Assembly (NCBI GenBank): GCA_951406725.2 | Contig: OX597823.1 | Location: 81,096,001 to 81,160,000 of the forward strand | DNA length: 64,000 nucleotides | Reading direction: 5' to 3' | Source of the DNA: Octopus vulgaris | Taxonomy: Eukaryota | In this document: positions 62,091 through 64,000 of the stretch, one piece after another | Numbering within the stretch: position 1 is the stretch's first letter | How the letters are laid out: each line of letters starts with the position of its first letter | The notes under the pieces: generated by a model | Database searches by the model: none | Seen by the model: the letters and a program-made list of their open reading frames with translations, nothing else | Told to the model about the DNA's origin: nothing | Position numbers and translations under genes: made by a program

Positions 62091-64000
62091 GGTCTGTTCC
62101 ATATGTATGTACATACATATATATGTACATACACACATATATATGGTTTTCAAAATAATAGGTTTTACTGATTTGTTTTAATGTGTGTGCATGTGCGCAT
62201 ATCTATATGTGAGTATATGTATGCATAAATATACAATTCTGTGCATACATGTATGTCTAAGAGTGTACCTATGTATGCGTTTGAACAGACGCATGCAAAA
62301 TGAATGCCCACACACATACTCATTGTTTTTAAAAACATTAATTAACAGTATTAATTAAATGCATTACCTAAAAATATTAGTTTGGAACATTGCTTAAACA
62401 GCAATGCAATTTCATGACGTCAATTATGTGGAGTTTAATGATTTCAATATATTACCACGAGAACCAGAAATGAAATGAAAAGCATGAGCTTGGAGCAGCT
62501 GTTTTCACACGTCACTCACAAAGGTTTTTAAACGAAAGAACATAACAATAAGCATTTCCTTCAAACTTTCATTTCATATTTCAAAAAATATTCAGAGGAT
62601 GTTCAACAGAAGACCAGGCCCAATTTACCAGCTGAGGATCAGAAACAAGCAACTCTGAGTGCTGGAAATCAGAGCCTTTCAGTTATGTATTTAAGAATAC
62701 TCTACATTTGTATTGAGTCCTTATCGCTTCTATACACACATACGTGTATATATTACTAGTGCATTATTAACAGATCACCATTTCAATCTTATGCTATACT
62801 TTAGGATAAAACTATAGATTTTAGGCAGCCAAATATCATATGCAACAGTTGTAAACTGTGTCTGCATACATTTATTTATGGGGACAGTAAAAGAGGTCAT
62901 CAACTGGACTAGCTTCAATCTTGGATTAAAATATATTATCAATTAATCTATTATAATTCTTGTTACTAACTACTCACTCACTTTCCAGTAATCTTTTATC
63001 TTTTCTTGTTTCAGTGATTAGACTGTGGCCATGCTGGGGCACCTCGAAAAAATTTTAGTCGAATAAATCATCCCCAGTACTCTTTCCTTTTCTTAAGCCT
63101 GGTATTTATTCTTGTAGTCACAATTGCTGAAATGCTAAGTTACAGGGATGTAAACACACCATCACTGGTTGTCAAGCAGTGTTGAGGCGATAATCACACA
63201 TACAAACACACATGACAGATCATCATCATCATTTAACATCTGTGTTCCATGCTAGCATGAGTGGGATGGTACCACAAGAGCCGGCCAAACCAAAACCTAT
63301 ACCAGACTTCTGTAACTGTTTTGGCAGGATTTTTACAGCTGGATGCCCTTCCTAAAACCAACCACTCAGCAGAGTGGACTTAGTGCTTTTTACGTGGCAC
63401 AAGCACAAGCAAGGTCAGTTTTGGCAAGGTTTTTACAGCTGGATGCCCTTCCAAACACCAACCACTTTATAGTGGACTGGATGCTTTTAAGTGGCACCTG
63501 CACTGACAGGGTCACCAAGTATTTGCAAGACAAAATCTTAAGAGGAGAGGAGGTATTGGAGGAGGTGACGATGAAAAGGTTATAGTGAGACAGAAGCAGG
63601 TGTCTTGCTGTAGAGAAAGTACAAGGTTACCTGGCTGGAGAGAGAAAGATCAAGAACGAAGACAAAAACAGGTGTGCTACTGCAAAGAAAACACATGGTT
63701 GCCAAACCCAAGGGAAGTGAAGCAGAAGAGACCGCAAGATGGAGATGGTGACAAAATGCTGGGCATACTCAGAAGGAACGGGTATCAGAGTATGAGATGG
63801 TTGAGTAAAGGAAAGAGAAAGATATAGATAGTGGCAAGTGCCAGGGCATACCCTTGAGGTCCAAATGATATAATATAAGCGACAGGATATTGCGAAGGGA
63901 GTGCGATTAAAGAGTACAAGTAAGTGGCGAAAGACCTGGGTATATATGGAGTTGAAGGGCCACCAGATATTAATGATACAGAGGAACAGGGGAGTGAGAG

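Noticed and set aside
62628-62661. Possible upstream 33-nt minus-strand exon (tttccag…GTAAAT)
   Set aside because: It contains a stop in the frame needed to join the 58927 exon and has no zinc-finger similarity. It cannot be supported even as UTR.

Overview
AT-rich, SINE- and microsatellite-dense eukaryotic DNA; the repeat families look like those of an Octopus genome (from memory, not searched). I reconstructed two convergent spliced genes by hand, with all intron phases consistent. (1) + strand, 1-~12240: 3' end of an SCO-spondin/mucin-like secreted protein (TSP1-TIL-VWC-CTCK) whose TAA stop codon is split by the last intron. (2) - strand, 58927-23913: nine exons of an RNF115/RNF126-like RING-H2 E3 ligase, probably incomplete at the 5' end. 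The rest is mostly tRNA-SINEs, RTE-type tails, piggyBac/hAT/mariner MITEs, Helitron, LINE and R2-like remnants, plus two duplicated tRNA-Glu pseudogenes. Most short ORFs in the supplied track are microsatellite or SINE artefacts. The most interesting signal is three unrelated families of small fold-back elements, two of them with target-site-like duplications, each carrying a minimal Penelope-type hammerhead-ribozyme motif. One family is fused to a tRNA-derived Pol III head, making it a candidate hammerhead-bearing, Penelope-mobilised SINE. Another has a U3-A8 covariant core. Ribozyme activity and novelty are inferred, not tested.
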